Positions 18,400 to 31,083 of a DNA stretch of 64,000 bases are shown piece by piece; the stretch's first letter is position 1; the number at the start of each line of letters is the position of its first letter. A model generated the notes under the pieces. That model ran no database searches. It was given only the letters and a program-made list of their open reading frames with translations, and was not told where the DNA came from. The position numbers and the translations under genes were made by a program. This DNA is from the human T2T-CHM13v2.0 reference genome, Homo sapiens. The stretch lies in NCBI RefSeq assembly GCF_009914755.1, contig NC_060930.1; one strand, given 5' to 3'.

Positions 18400-19400
18400 C
18401 AGATGGTAGTGATAGCTACATAATTGTATAAATTTGCTAAATTTCAGCAAACTGTACAGTTATAGTGAAGGAATTTTATGTTATGCAAGCTATATGTAAA
18501 TAAAATTATAAGAACGGATATTTGGGGAGTGTTGATGGATAGATAATGGTATGGTTAGATGATGATATATGCAGTAAAATGTTGATGGCAGAATCTAGAT
18601 AAAGGGATAATGAATGGTCCCTATATAGTTTATCATTTTTTGTATGCTTGACAAATTTTATAGTGATTTTTTGGGAAAATAAAGCACAATTAGTAGCATT
18701 TATTAGGAATAATAACACCATTTTATGGTTTAAACCAAGTGGAAAATCTACATTAAATAAGTTACTTAAAAAAAAATCAGTGTGACTACTCTGGTTGAGT
18801 TTCTAAAATAATGTTTCCTATTAAATATCATGAAATATCAGGACATTTTTGAGAATTGTCTGAACCTGGTCTGTGGCAGGAAATGTTAAGGATGAACCTG
18901 GAAGATCTATCCCAAATGACAAGGAACCTATTGAAAACTACTACAGACATATCAAAATATCAAAGGGTTACCAAGTCTAGCCAGTTTGAAGAGGGCCCAG
19001 TGGCCACATATAGACCAATTTAAGTTTTCACGTGAATAGGAAATTATAATAGGTTGGAACTCAATAAATATGTTTAAACAAATGACTATATATATGTATA
19101 TATATATAATTGTGTATATATATAATTGTATATATATAATTGTATATACATGTAGTGTGTGTGTGTATTTATATTTACCTGTCTACACACACTTACCTTT
19201 TGAAGATGATAAGAAATCAATACATTCTCTTGAAAAATCAGTAAATAAAGGAAAAATAGCAAGATTTATCTTGTGTTTCCTACATGAACTGTACCACATG
19301 GTAAGCAAATAATATTGGGGATAAACATATTCTTTCAAAAGTATTTCTTCTATAGTAAAAACACAGTGTTCAAATAAGAATATCACTGATCAAAAATAAG
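18400..19400 (+). mobile_element. L1ME/L1MC 3' UTR relics with TA-rich repeat at ~19088-19170
   Basis: Degenerate 3' UTR motifs (gttgatggcagaatctag; gccagtttgaagagggccc). Confidence 0.5.
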
Positions 19401-20008
19401 TCATTGAGCTTAAACATAAACTATTTCCTATTATTTTTCTGTAGCATTCTAAATGCTCAGTTCTGTCTTACTTTGCCTTATTCTCAAATTTAAGATCACT
19501 CTAACCAGAACATTAAATTTGATATAGTGCTTAAAAGGCACTACTCCATTTTCTCATACGGTTGACTCCCCTCATTTGGGAAAAAAAAGTTTATATTTAT
19601 CACACGTGAAAATTTTATTATTTTCTGCTATGTGACTGTGATTATAATGTAGTGGTATATGAACCAAATGTATGAATGATAAGAAAAGTTAAATCAGTAT
19701 GTATTTTAGATATTGGGGCATGTTTTATATTTTAATTCAAATATTAATATTTTTTATACATTCAAAATAGCATTAAGTATTATGTAGACTTTTAACATAA
19801 AAGTTTAAAAATGTTTGAAAGTCACGTTTTATTTGTATTTTTCTAGTGGTTCCGTTAAACTTACTTTTTCTAATATTAAAGACTAAAAGTAGTATCTATT
19901 CCTATTGTCATCCATTACTTCTCTTCATCCACATTTATTTTACAATAAATATTTGTTTGTATTTAATAATGTCTTTTTTTATTGTGTTTTGTATTCCTAG
20001 GTAGACAA

Positions 20009-20009
<1 letters not shown>

Positions 20010-20052
<43 letters not shown>
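20010..20052. repeat. (TG)21 microsatellite
   Basis: Perfect dinucleotide run. Confidence 0.98.
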
Positions 20053-20054
<2 letters not shown>

Positions 20055-20149
20055 TTCTTGATGAGATACATTTGCTGGTCATTCTCTTTTAAAAGGGTTT
20101 GGTAGGAGTTATTGTGGACAATTCTCTAGGACTTTTTTATTTGTAATAT

Positions 20150-20630
20150 TCAGAATATGATTGGGGGGCTGCATATAAGATAAAATACAAATAACAATGG
20201 CCTAAATAAGGTTTAAAGAGTTACTTTTCTCTCAAATAACATAAAGTACGGCAACACCAGGGTACCCCGGGAGTTCAGGTCTCTTCTGTATATCCAGTTT
20301 GTCAACCTTAAAATATTATTATTCTCCTCCCACTAAAAGGTACCTCACGGTCCCAGATGGTTTCTGGAAATACAACTATTACATTTACATTTAAAGCAAG
20401 AATTACCGTAGGGGAGGAAGAGCTAAAAAGAGTGCTTATCAGGTATCTTGTCTTCCCACTAATGAATTTCCCTCAGAGTCCTATCTATTAATCTCACCTT
20501 ATAGCTCCTGGCCCAGAACACAAAGGTATCTGGGAAAAGTTGTGTTTCAGCTATGTATATTGCCACCCTGAATAAAATTGTAGTTTTGTTTCCAAGAAAA
20601 GTAATACAATGAATATTATGTGAGCAACAT
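20150..20630 (-). mobile_element. Old MaLR/ERVL LTR relic (MLT1-like)
   Basis: aaataacaatggcctaaataag...tgccaccctgaataaaatt. Confidence 0.5.
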
Positions 20631-21299
20631 TATAGGAGTTTTACTTTCTCCTGCTTAGGCAAACTTGCTGGCTAGTCCTATCTGTCATTTGAGTATTCTA
20701 AAAAGATGACATGAAATACCCCAAAAAACATGCAAAGGAAAAAGATGTTTGCAGGTTTGTGTTAAGGACGTATCGAGCACATTTGCAAATGCCATGTCTT
20801 TGTTCAGGAGTCCTGCCTCTATCTATTTGCTCTTCTCTCCTTAGGAAAATGCTTTTGTTGTCATTGCTGTTGCTGTAATATAGCCTGAGCAAGTATTTTT
20901 CCCAGCAAGAAATAATGGGATTAAATCCCAGGAGACTGTGAACAAATCTGGTTCTTAAACCACAACATCTATCCCCTCGGGCTCAAAAATAGGCTGTTAG
21001 GGCACTTAGTCCAGTTGTCAGGTTCTTAGGATCTGGTACTTCCCCGCAGAATTCAGCCTTAAACTGTGTGCACTGACTCTATCTGTCTGTCCTTAACATG
21101 AGCAAGGCAACTCAGAGACTCACAACTGCCTGGATTTCTTTTCTACCTTCAGGAAGGAGTAATATCTGAGTTTTGGGGGGGGGACCTTATGATAATAAGA
21201 GAAAGATTTTGTGAAACCCTGTTAGTGGTTTCTTTTTGTGTCCTAATATTTCTATCTAATATAATGACGGAAAAAATCAAAATATACTTTGGCATAGAG

Positions 21300-21526
21300 T
21301 AGAAATTGGCAAATGTTTTTCTGTAAAGGTCAGATAGTAAATATTTTCAGCTTTGCAGGCTATACAATTCTGCTGCAACAACTCAACTCTGCTATTGTTT
21401 TGCTTTCCAAAAGCAGTCATAGACAATTCATAAACAATAAGTGTAGCTCTATTACAATAAAACTTTACTTATGAAAACCGTCAGTGGGCCATATTTGGCC
21501 TGCAGGCTGTATTTTGCTGACTACTG
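21300..21526. mobile_element. MER58A (hAT-Charlie MITE)
   Basis: ttctgtaaaggtcagatagtaaatatttt...caataaaacttta...tggcctgcaggctgta; degenerate 8-bp TSD gcatagag/gcttagaa. Confidence 0.85.
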
Positions 21527-22354
21527 GCTTAGAAAATTGGTTTATTCCAATGGAGGAATTTGGTATCTTATCTATAACAAAATCTCAGAGACTAAGCTTA
21601 CGTCACTATACAAGATGTCATGTCTCATCCCATTAGTTATTTGAAGAGCTGTTCTACCACCTTTACTTCAGAAATTGCAACATATGCCACCAAATATTGT
21701 TCAGAATTTATTGGTTTTAAAATGGTAATATGTGTCTAATTGCTTTATTTTACCTTGAATTTTCCCTATTATCAGAAATAGTTTCACTTTTGCTTTGTTT
21801 GTGTTTTAAATCACCCACTTATCTCAATTTCGTTCTTTTCAGCAATGTGCATGGATCTGTTACCCCTGTAATATCCTATTGCAACTGCCTCTGTACTTCC
21901 TGAACTCTGGCTAGCCAGTTCTGATACTTTTCTACAGAAGGTCTGATTACTGAAAATCATTTTCTTTTGTTTGTGATAATACTTCCATAATTGCAGTTAT
22001 AAATGAAAGGCCAGAGCAAATCCCTTCTCATCTGGAAACTCACAGATTTTATTATCTTCTGCTCAATTGAACTCAATTTTGCTTCCAGTGCTTTTCACAC
22101 CCCGGGTCACATAAATGAAGCTCATGGTTCTGTGTCTCATTTTTACTCCTCCTTTTTTGATCCTACTTACCTAACGGAGGTGATATTTTTTAAGGCAATC
22201 TTTCCTTCTTAGGAAGCAAGATGCAAAACTGGTGACAGTCATGGTCATACATCCAAAGGACGACCACACCATGACTGGAATGTCAAACCTAGACGGCTCA
22301 GTGGCCGGCAAAGCAACGTGGCTTCTCTGCAAGCTGAGAGCATTTTTTTTTTTA

Positions 22355-23302
22355 ATCAAGTGGTATTCCCAAAGTCCTATCACTGATCTGATTGCTTCAG
22401 AAAGCAGTGCCCTATATTAAAACCTTAATTGAAAGGAAGTCCAAGAAAGAGTTGTGGAGGTAGACATTTAAAAAATCTTGAAGTTAAACACTTAAGACTT
22501 TGGCTGTTTTGTTAAACATCTCTATGACAAATTTTTCATGCTATGGGAAAAATATCAACCTACTCTAAAGAGAACACTGTGGCAAATAAATTATTATGAA
22601 AGACTTTTTAAATAAAAAATTAAGTATTTTTATGGAAAAATACACCAACTCCCAAAAGTTAGCCTCCATTATCATTCAAAAATTGCAGATTTCATATTTT
22701 CTGATGGTATTTTAAGCCTTTGTTTTAGATCGACAAATCTCTCCACTCAGTTCCCCTTGAAGTTTGTTGTCTCAAAACAGACCAAAAAAGAAAAAAATCA
22801 GTGTCTTTGTATTCCAAATTTCTACAGTCCTTCTGCTAGGTCAAATGGTTGGGTCTAAGGAGAAAAGAAACCTTAAAAAAAAAAAAAAAGAATGACCATC
22901 TAGCCTCTTGTATTCAGCTATTTTATTGGCAATGTATTTTATCCGATTACATTTCCAATTATAGCCTTCAAAAGTTTTCCTTACACTGCTTATAAACTGC
23001 TATAAATAAAGAAAAGAAAGAAATATCCAAAATAGCCAACAGGTACTTTTAAGGTCATATTATCTTATCAATTTTGTAGTAAATACATATCAGTTTTCTC
23101 TCTCACTCTCTCATATATATAATATATATATACACCAATTTTGTAGTGTGTATATATATAATGTTATATATGTAGTGTGTAATATATACACACTACAAAA
23201 TTGGTATATATTATATATATGATATATAATACATACACTACAAATTTATGTATATAAATATATGTGTTATATATATTATATATACACTATAAAATTGGTA
23301 CA

Positions 23303-23337
<35 letters not shown>

Positions 23338-23452
23338 GGTGTGCATATATATATTTATATAAAATCCCTTTCATCAGTTAAGGTTCTAATACAGGGCACT
23401 GCTTTATGAAGCAATCAGATCAGAGATAGAATTTTGGGTAGTACTTCTTGAT
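22355..23452. repeat. Inverted repeat pair: arms 22355-22436 and 23367-23452, ~930-bp spacer
   Basis: Manual alignment: 10 mismatches and 2 gaps over ~85 bp; core ctgatctgattgcttca.aaagcagtgccct. Confidence 0.92.
23111..23360. repeat. AT-rich palindromic / (TA)n complex
   Basis: accaattttgtagtgtgtatata and its reverse complement, plus further acactac/taaaatt copies and a (TA)n run. Confidence 0.9.
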
Positions 23453-24370
23453 GATAAAAATTATGGCTGTATATTAAATAAAGAGAAAATGAAATTATAA
23501 ATAATTTTCTGAAAACATTTTATCTTCTGAACTACTGTAATATTTTACAACAACACTCCCCCTTATAAGCAAATTTTTCTGTTTACTGATTCCAGAGCAT
23601 TACTTCATTCATTTAGTAGTGTGGGTTTTTATTTTGTTTTGTTTTTATTGAGCACCTTTTATGTATGTATTAGAAACTAGGCAAGTCATGGGGAGGGAAA
23701 AAAGAATGAGACATACTCTATGCCTTGAAACTCACTGCAAAGTCAAACACATGGACAAACATCCATGAATAAAGGAGACACATAATTTAAAATTAAATAA
23801 AGTCTGCACATTAAGAGTACATTTAAGGGGCTAATTAACCATGTTCATTCAATAATAGGGAAATTAGGCAAAGCTCCCTGTTCAGCCCTCAGAAATTTTA
23901 CAGGTAGAACTGGTGGCAAAGGACAGTATTAGCCCTCCATATTGGAAGTGTAGGCTTTCACTCAAAAAAGAGATTTGATCCAATGTACTTAGAACAGCAA
24001 TATGCTCTGGGATGGAAAGCTTAAGTAATCATGTTGGTAAAGTCAACAATACTAGACCTCACACTATGGGTAAATCTGAAGACTTAATATTTAAGATATA
24101 GATATTTCCTATTTGGTACATAAGGAAAATAAAATAGTAGAACAACGGAGTTCTGACACTGATGACATTTGCCATTGAGATTGTGTGTGCGATTCAAACT
24201 GAATTATCCAGTTCATGTTTTCCTGATGATTAGATATAGAATCAAGAAGTTCATTTGGATGTAAAAGAATTTTAAAATTGGAGAAACATTCAGTGAGCTG
24301 ATTTAGAGCTACTTCCCCTTCCCTTTGTAACATATCTTCCTTAACACAGTCTTCCTTAAGAGTATTTTTA

Positions 24371-24699
24371 TCCTTCTGATAGTTTGCTGAGAATGATGGT
24401 TTCCAGCTTCATCCATGTCCCTGCAAAGGACATGAACTCATCATTTTTTATGGCTTCATAGTATTCCATGGTGTATATGTGCCACATTTTCTTAATCCAG
24501 TCTATCATTGTTGGACTTTTGGGTTGGTTCCAAGTCTTTAATATTGTGAGTAGTGCTTCAATAAACATACATGTGCATGTGTCTTTATAGAAGCATGATT
24601 TATAATCCTTTGGGTATATACCCAATAATGGGATGGCTGGGTCAAATGGTATTTCTAGTCATGTACCCTAAAACTTAAAGTATAATAATAATTTTTTAA
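24371..24699 (+). mobile_element. 5'-inverted L1PA (L1PA4-6-like): antisense 24371-24659, sense 24660-24690
   Basis: TSD aagagtattttta at 24358-24370 and 24700-24712; junction atttctagt|catgtaccctaaaac. Confidence 0.93.
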
Positions 24700-24989
24700 A
24701 AGAGTATTTTTAAGGAAGTGGTCATTTCCTTTGAAATATGTGCTACTGAATATCTTCTACAGATCTCTTACTTCTCCAGAATTAGCTGATAAAAGTGTTT
24801 ACTGGGTGCTGAGACTGCCCTGTCACTGGACATGCTATTGAGTGCTTTTTCTGTCCCTACATTCTTCAGACACTCTTGAAATAAGAAAGCCTAGTCTTTT
24901 AAGTGGGAAGGATTTCTTCTTATTGAGATCCAAGATTATCACAGATTTACCTATGAGTGAAAGCTTGCCATAATTGCAATATGAACACC

Positions 24990-25925
24990 GTCACTAAAAT
25001 GTAAACTCTGGACATCAGAGACCATGTTTGTTTTTCTCACCACTGTATTCTTAGTGCCCTGAACAGTGCCCAACTCATAGCAAGTACTCAGTTGATAATT
25101 GTTTACTATTGAACAACTGAAGATCAAATATCCCCATAACTGAATAAGTCTAGAAGCCATATTCTTTTAAACTCCTCCACAACTGGGATCAGTTAAGTTG
25201 CAGCCAATGTGAGTTTGATTCTCACATATGTTTGGTGCTCATGAACAAATATCTATGAAACACAGAATGGAGTACCAAATGAGAAACAACATACAATAAT
25301 TTTTGTTTTGTGTGGCTGAAATTTTAGTATAGAAGACAAACTATGAAGATAAAGGTAAAAACAGGCAGATCAAGAAAATGATGAGTGGTGTTCTATAGAG
25401 ATTGTTTAGGAAAGGATCCTAGACAATATTTCACCTCAACAGAGACTTGCATTAAGTAAAGTAATTTGTGATAACATTGGGAAAGATCACATTAAGCAGA
25501 GGGAAGAGATTGAGCAAAGCATTGAGGCAGGAATAAGCTTAGTGAGTCCATGGAACAGCGCATAGATAGGCTAGTATGGTTGGAATGGAGAGAGCCAAAA
25601 GGAAAGTGAAAAGAAATGACTTCAAAAAAGAAGTCAGAGGTGAGATTATGCAACACCTTTTTGGTGATAATGAAGAATGGATTTTATTTTGACATTAGAC
25701 AATTTTGAATATGGAAGTGATGCAGTATCTTTTTTATAGGTAAGAACCTAGTAGCTGTATGGAGACAAATAATAGCAGTAGGTGATGAATGTGAGCAAGA
25801 TATTTGGGGTACATTTGTAGATACTAAGGTGAACCGTACAGCTGGATTCAAGGCTAAGACAAAGTGAGGCTTCATGAACCAAGCCTTAGAATGGAATATG
25901 ATTTGGAATTTAGCAGGTGATTTCA
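24990..25925. mobile_element. L2 relics
   Basis: cagtgcccaactcatagcaagtactcag; aagcagagggaagag...gaggcaggaataagctt. Confidence 0.55.
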
Positions 25926-27106
25926 TTCACTTCAGGCACCTACAGGTTTGGTACTGAAAAAGTCACAGCTATCTGTAGGTTTGTGTTTTTAATAATCTGA
26001 ACTTGAATTTTTTTGTGTGTATTGCAATAACTTCTCTACCATAGCCAACGGCTACTCGAGAGATTCTTATGGTGAATCTTCTGGGACTTCAGTAGTTGAA
26101 AATGAAAGGGAACGTTGCTCTCCCACAGCTGAGAATGAGTGCTGCTGTCAGGATACAGGCATATGAATCATCCACCTGATAACTCTGTGACTACTCTGAA
26201 CTTTTAATTACGTTTTGCACCAGTCTATGATTGGAAACACCAGTGCAACATGAGCTGCCTAGGTAAAGATTAATAAGCTGCCTGGAGAGTTGATCCTCAG
26301 GGATATCCTGAATCTTGTTTTCCTGACTCAATCCTTACAGACCTCTGCCACAATGCAATTAAAGTCATTAAAAAAAATACCAACAAAAAATAAAGGGGCA
26401 CACTGCAAATGCAGATTTTCAACAAAAAGCGGCATGAGTGTCAAGTGTTCTGTCTTCTTTCCCAGCTCTGTAATGATTAGTGACGTCATGTGTAGAAAAT
26501 ATCTGCAGCGTGCAAAATTTCTGAAGCTGTTGCTAAATCAAAAGTGAATGCAAACAATGTGTGGTTTGCAAAGCTCAGAAGTATGACTATTTGAATTGAC
26601 ATGACAGGATCCACTTTTAAATTGTGATAGCCCAGCCCTGTTAAATTACTAAATAAATTATTCAAGTATATAATATTTAGAAAAATTACCTTAAAGTTAG
26701 AATTACAGCATTCAGTCATTCAATTCTATAACCTTCTTTGTATGCAGCCCTTTCCTAATTAATACATGGAATATTTATCTGTTGATTTTGGATATTGTGG
26801 TATTTCTTTGTTACATGTCACAATTGATCTCAGGAGAGATATAGCTCTGCATCAATCCTACTAACATTCAAAGTTATTCTTATACAATGTATTTAATTTG
26901 ACAAAATATTTCCAAATAATTCCCAATCTTATCAGTTCCTGCCACCAGAAGAGAGAGAGACCTGAGACTACTTAGAAAGATGATCTCTAAGGCAAGTTGT
27001 ATATGAAAGACACATATGAATGATATGGAAGAAGACTTGGATGAATAAGACTACATATTAAAAATATATAGTTATGAGTATGTAATTTCACAAAATAATG
27101 TGAAGT

Positions 27107-27350
27107 GGCGGTTCATGAGGTCAGGAGATCGAGACCATCCTGGCTAACACGATGAAACCCCGTCTCTACTAAAAATACAAAAAATTAGCCGGGCGTGGTA
27201 GCGGGTGCCTGTAGTCCCAGCTACTCAGGAGGCTGAGGCAGGAGAATGGCGTGAACCTAGGAGGCAGAGCTTGCAGTGAGCTGAGATTGGGCCACTGCAC
27301 TCCAGCCTGGGTGACAGAGCAAGACTCTGTCTCACAAAAAAAAAAAAAAA
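27107..27350 (+). mobile_element. 5'-truncated AluY
   Basis: accatcctggctaacacg, agaatggcgtgaacc, gagcttgcagtg; first ~50 bp absent; A tail. Confidence 0.92.
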
Positions 27351-28987
27351 GTTTCAATGTGATATTTTATTAAAATTGATAAGGTATTCCAATTGTTCAT
27401 ATATAAGAATAAAGAAACAAGAAGGGTCTCTCAAAATGTTGGGAAATAAGAATAATTAGTGGGGCTATTACCCTTCCAAGAATTACATATATTTTTAAAC
27501 CTCTTATAATTACAAAATGTAATCAACAAACTTTGCCACAGAACAGATAGCAGAAAACAAATAATCCTAGCTCTGTAAGAAGTTGAAATAGGATTTGTAT
27601 CCCAAATTAGTGAAGAAGCAGCTAAACAAAGATTAACTCATTGCAAAAATATAATCAAAACTTTACCCTTATAACTTAAAATATGAATTCCAGATGTAAT
27701 GATTGAGTTAAATGTTTAAAAATAAACTTATTAAAAATTAAAAGTATATGTGAATATATGTCTTGAGGATAAGAAAATACATTGTAAGCACAATTTCCAT
27801 GAATTAAATTCATTACTAATTATCCCATAAATTTAATGCAATTTGATCAATTGCTCAGAAGAATTTTTCTTGAGAAATTTAGCAGACTGATTAAAAACGT
27901 GGAAAAAACAATCTGTTAAGATCTAAGGCAGTTTTGCAAATGAAGAGGTAAAGTTTGGGAATGCTTGCCCTTCTAGACATTATAAAGCAGAATTGATTAA
28001 AACTGTGTTGTATTAATACATGCGCTTACAAATGGAGCTGTCCAACAAAGTCGTAAGCCTATAAAAGTATAGAATAGCATCGCTAATCGGTGCAGTGTGA
28101 ATTGACTATATGCCTGATGGTGTAAGGAAAGTTAGATTATGATCTGAAGAAAGATAAAAGTTGGGTTTCTACATCACACAATAGATAGAAATAAAACCTT
28201 TAAATGTATTAAAATTGTAAATATAAATGGAATAATACTAGAAAAAAACTAAATGAAAGAAAATATATTTGTGACCTTGGGGTAGGGAAGAAGTTTTTAA
28301 GACCCCAAAAGCATAAGCTACAATGAGGAAGTTTGGTGGATTTCACTGCATCAAAGTCAAAGGTATTTGTTCCATGGATGACACTACACACAACATGAAT
28401 AAAATGGTGACACATAAGAAGATGTGTTTGTAATATCAAAAAAAAGACAAGAAATAATTATCACCTAGAATATATAGGAGTTTTTGTAAATCAGCAAGAA
28501 AAATAGGAAGCTCAGAGGAAACATGGGATTAAGGGTAAAAACACACATTTCACAGAATAGAAACTCATTCAGTTAAGAAGAGTAGAAAAAAATACAGCTA
28601 ACTTTACCAGTAATTAGATTTACACAAATCAAATAGCAATAAAAAACCACTTGGTACCCACATTATGGCAAAAACTGGAAAGTTGCATGATATGAATTCC
28701 TGCTAAGGGTGTGGGGGAGAAAGAGAATATATTGTACTTGGGAAGCAATTCTCAAAAGTAATCTGAAGCACAAAGTAAAATTACATATTTATATACTACA
28801 TGGCTTTGGATAATACACCTGATATCTCTATAATTGACTCATGGGTAATATAACCTACAAAAATTCCTGCATAAGTTCGTGAGAAAATGTACAATTATGT
28901 TTATCACAATGTGTTTTGTTAATGGTAACAAAGTATTGGAAACAACTATCAACCAACCACAAAGAGTATAGATAAGAAAAGAGTGAC

Positions 28988-29515
28988 TGCCTTGCTAGGG
29001 CTACTTACTAGGGTTTTCTCCAGAAGCAGATTTTAAGACAAGCACTGAGGATACCAAAAGGGTGTCAGCACAGTTTTAATCAATTCTGCTTTATAATGTC
29101 TAGAAGGGCAAGTATTCCCAGACTTCCTCAGGGAAGTGGGAAGTTAAAACAGCAAGGGAAAGTAGCCAATAAGTGCTTCGTTCTTAAGCCAGCTACTACA
29201 GTGGGCAACTGAAACTTAATCAGCAGGCAGGCTGTGGAAAATTGTGAAAAACACACATCTCAGAACAATCTCAGCCAACGGAGGAGCAAAGGTATTTATA
29301 CACTCCCACCAAGTAGCAATTGTGAAGAGCTGCCCAGTGGATGTGAATTTCCAAGCACTCTGGAATGCTATGCATTTCAGCAAAGTGAATTCCTGCAGGT
29401 CAACGGCAAACCACTGACAGACCTCAAGTACTAGTCATTGGAAATCAATCTGATAAACACAGAAATAGCAAGGAAGTCTGAGGGGATGGGCAGAACACCA
29501 ACAACATCTGCTACT
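28988..29515 (-). mobile_element. ERVL LTR relic (LTR16-like)
   Basis: ccagaagcaga...cagtgggcaactga...ggtatttatacac...caccaacaacatctgctac. Confidence 0.55.
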
Positions 29516-30944
29516 GTGATTAAAACATGCGATTTAGTGCTACACGGCCATTACCTATTTTCACATGGCATCATAAGTAGATTTCAAAATCAAGATAGAA
29601 TCAAAATTAATAAAAATAATATTTTAAATAAAACATATATGTGAAATAAAACACTGTATGTTTTAAGCTATGCATACCAAATACATATTAAGGAAGAAAA
29701 AGGAGAACATTTTATAGCTTGATAAACACAACATGTAATAAACTTAGGGTTGTAGTCAACATACGTGTAGTGATCTAAAAAAAAAATTCTATATATATCA
29801 AAGAAAATAAAAATATAAATGAGAAAGTAGAGAAATACCACAAATGTAAAAGGATTTAATATAATTAACATTAAAAAAGGTTAAATTAAAAAATAGAATA
29901 ATTTAATTTTAAAAAGGGACAAAGATATAAACAATTTGTAACATATGAAATCATAAATAGATTTATAAAACATAGTGATCATGAAAATTGTGCAGCTCAT
30001 TAATAAAGTAAAACAGCCCCCACAAAAAAGCAATGAGATTTTCTTTATTTTGCTTCTCAAATTAGCGAACGTTTTAGTAGTAAATACTCATAATACAAAT
30101 TTTCTAGAAAAAAATAGACAATATTTATCAAGAATCTTAAAAATATATTGACACTTCTACTCAATAGGTCAGAGTTTAATCCAACGATAAAATCAAGACA
30201 AAGAAAAATAAACTTGTAAAATGATGTTAATCACACTGTTAATTTTAACAGAAAAAAAAGGAAACAATAAATTCCTTGAAAATCAAATCATAAGGGGATG
30301 ACGACATAAACTTTGTTGCATAAAAATGTTGTTGCTTCTTCATTATCTATGGTATAGAACAGAATTGGTCAAAGACCCTCTTCTACCCCACCCTGGTCTA
30401 GCCCTCTTCGACCTGGATGATTTTGTCTATCATTCATTGAATAGCTATTTATCAATTTTCCAATAAATACCAGATCCTACATTAATTGTGGTGATAAATA
30501 AATAAAAGAGATATATTCACTATTCTCAGAAAACTTAAATTGCTGTGTGTTTGTGAGAGGAGAGAGCTTAAAAAATACCTTGACGTGATAATTTTATATA
30601 GTTGTTAGTACCATGAGGAAAATAAAGGATAATGTGACAAAGGAACAGCATGGAGGTGAGGGTGGGCTACTGTTTAAACTGGGGCTCATGGACAGCATCC
30701 CTAAGATAACTTTGAGTTGAGGACCCAATGATGAGAAATTATTTTTCTTTACATTCATTCAAAGAAGCTTATGATCAAATTAATATTTATGTATCCAGCA
30801 AAAAGATAATTTTCCCACTATAGTTTCAGAATGTTCTATTTCATATTTAAATGTGATGTGATGTGAATTTGTCACATTAAACAATGAAAATATAGCATTC
30901 TTCAGAAAGCTATTTGAGAACAACTTTTCTGTCTTCTAAAAATA

Positions 30945-31083
30945 ATCCACTGAGTTTGGGGTCTGAGCGAAAGAGTCAAATTCTTAACTCTGTCAATTAT
31001 TACTTATGTGACCCTGTGAAAATTTTTAAACCCTCTGTCTCTGTTTCCTTATTTGTGAAATGGGGATATAAAATAATTCCTAT
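30945..31083 (+). mobile_element. MIR fragment
   Basis: ctctgtttccttatttgtgaaatgggga core. Confidence 0.65.

Larger units (their letters stand above)
26990..30310 (+). mobile_element. Degenerate L1ME/L1M ORF2 fragments, interrupted by AluY and an LTR
   Basis: Recurrent degenerate ORF2 motifs (gaccttggggtagggaagaagttttt; attaaaactgtgttgtatt). Confidence 0.6.

Noticed and set aside
26045-26262. Possible + strand exon
   Set aside because: Stops in all three frames and only moderate splice signals.
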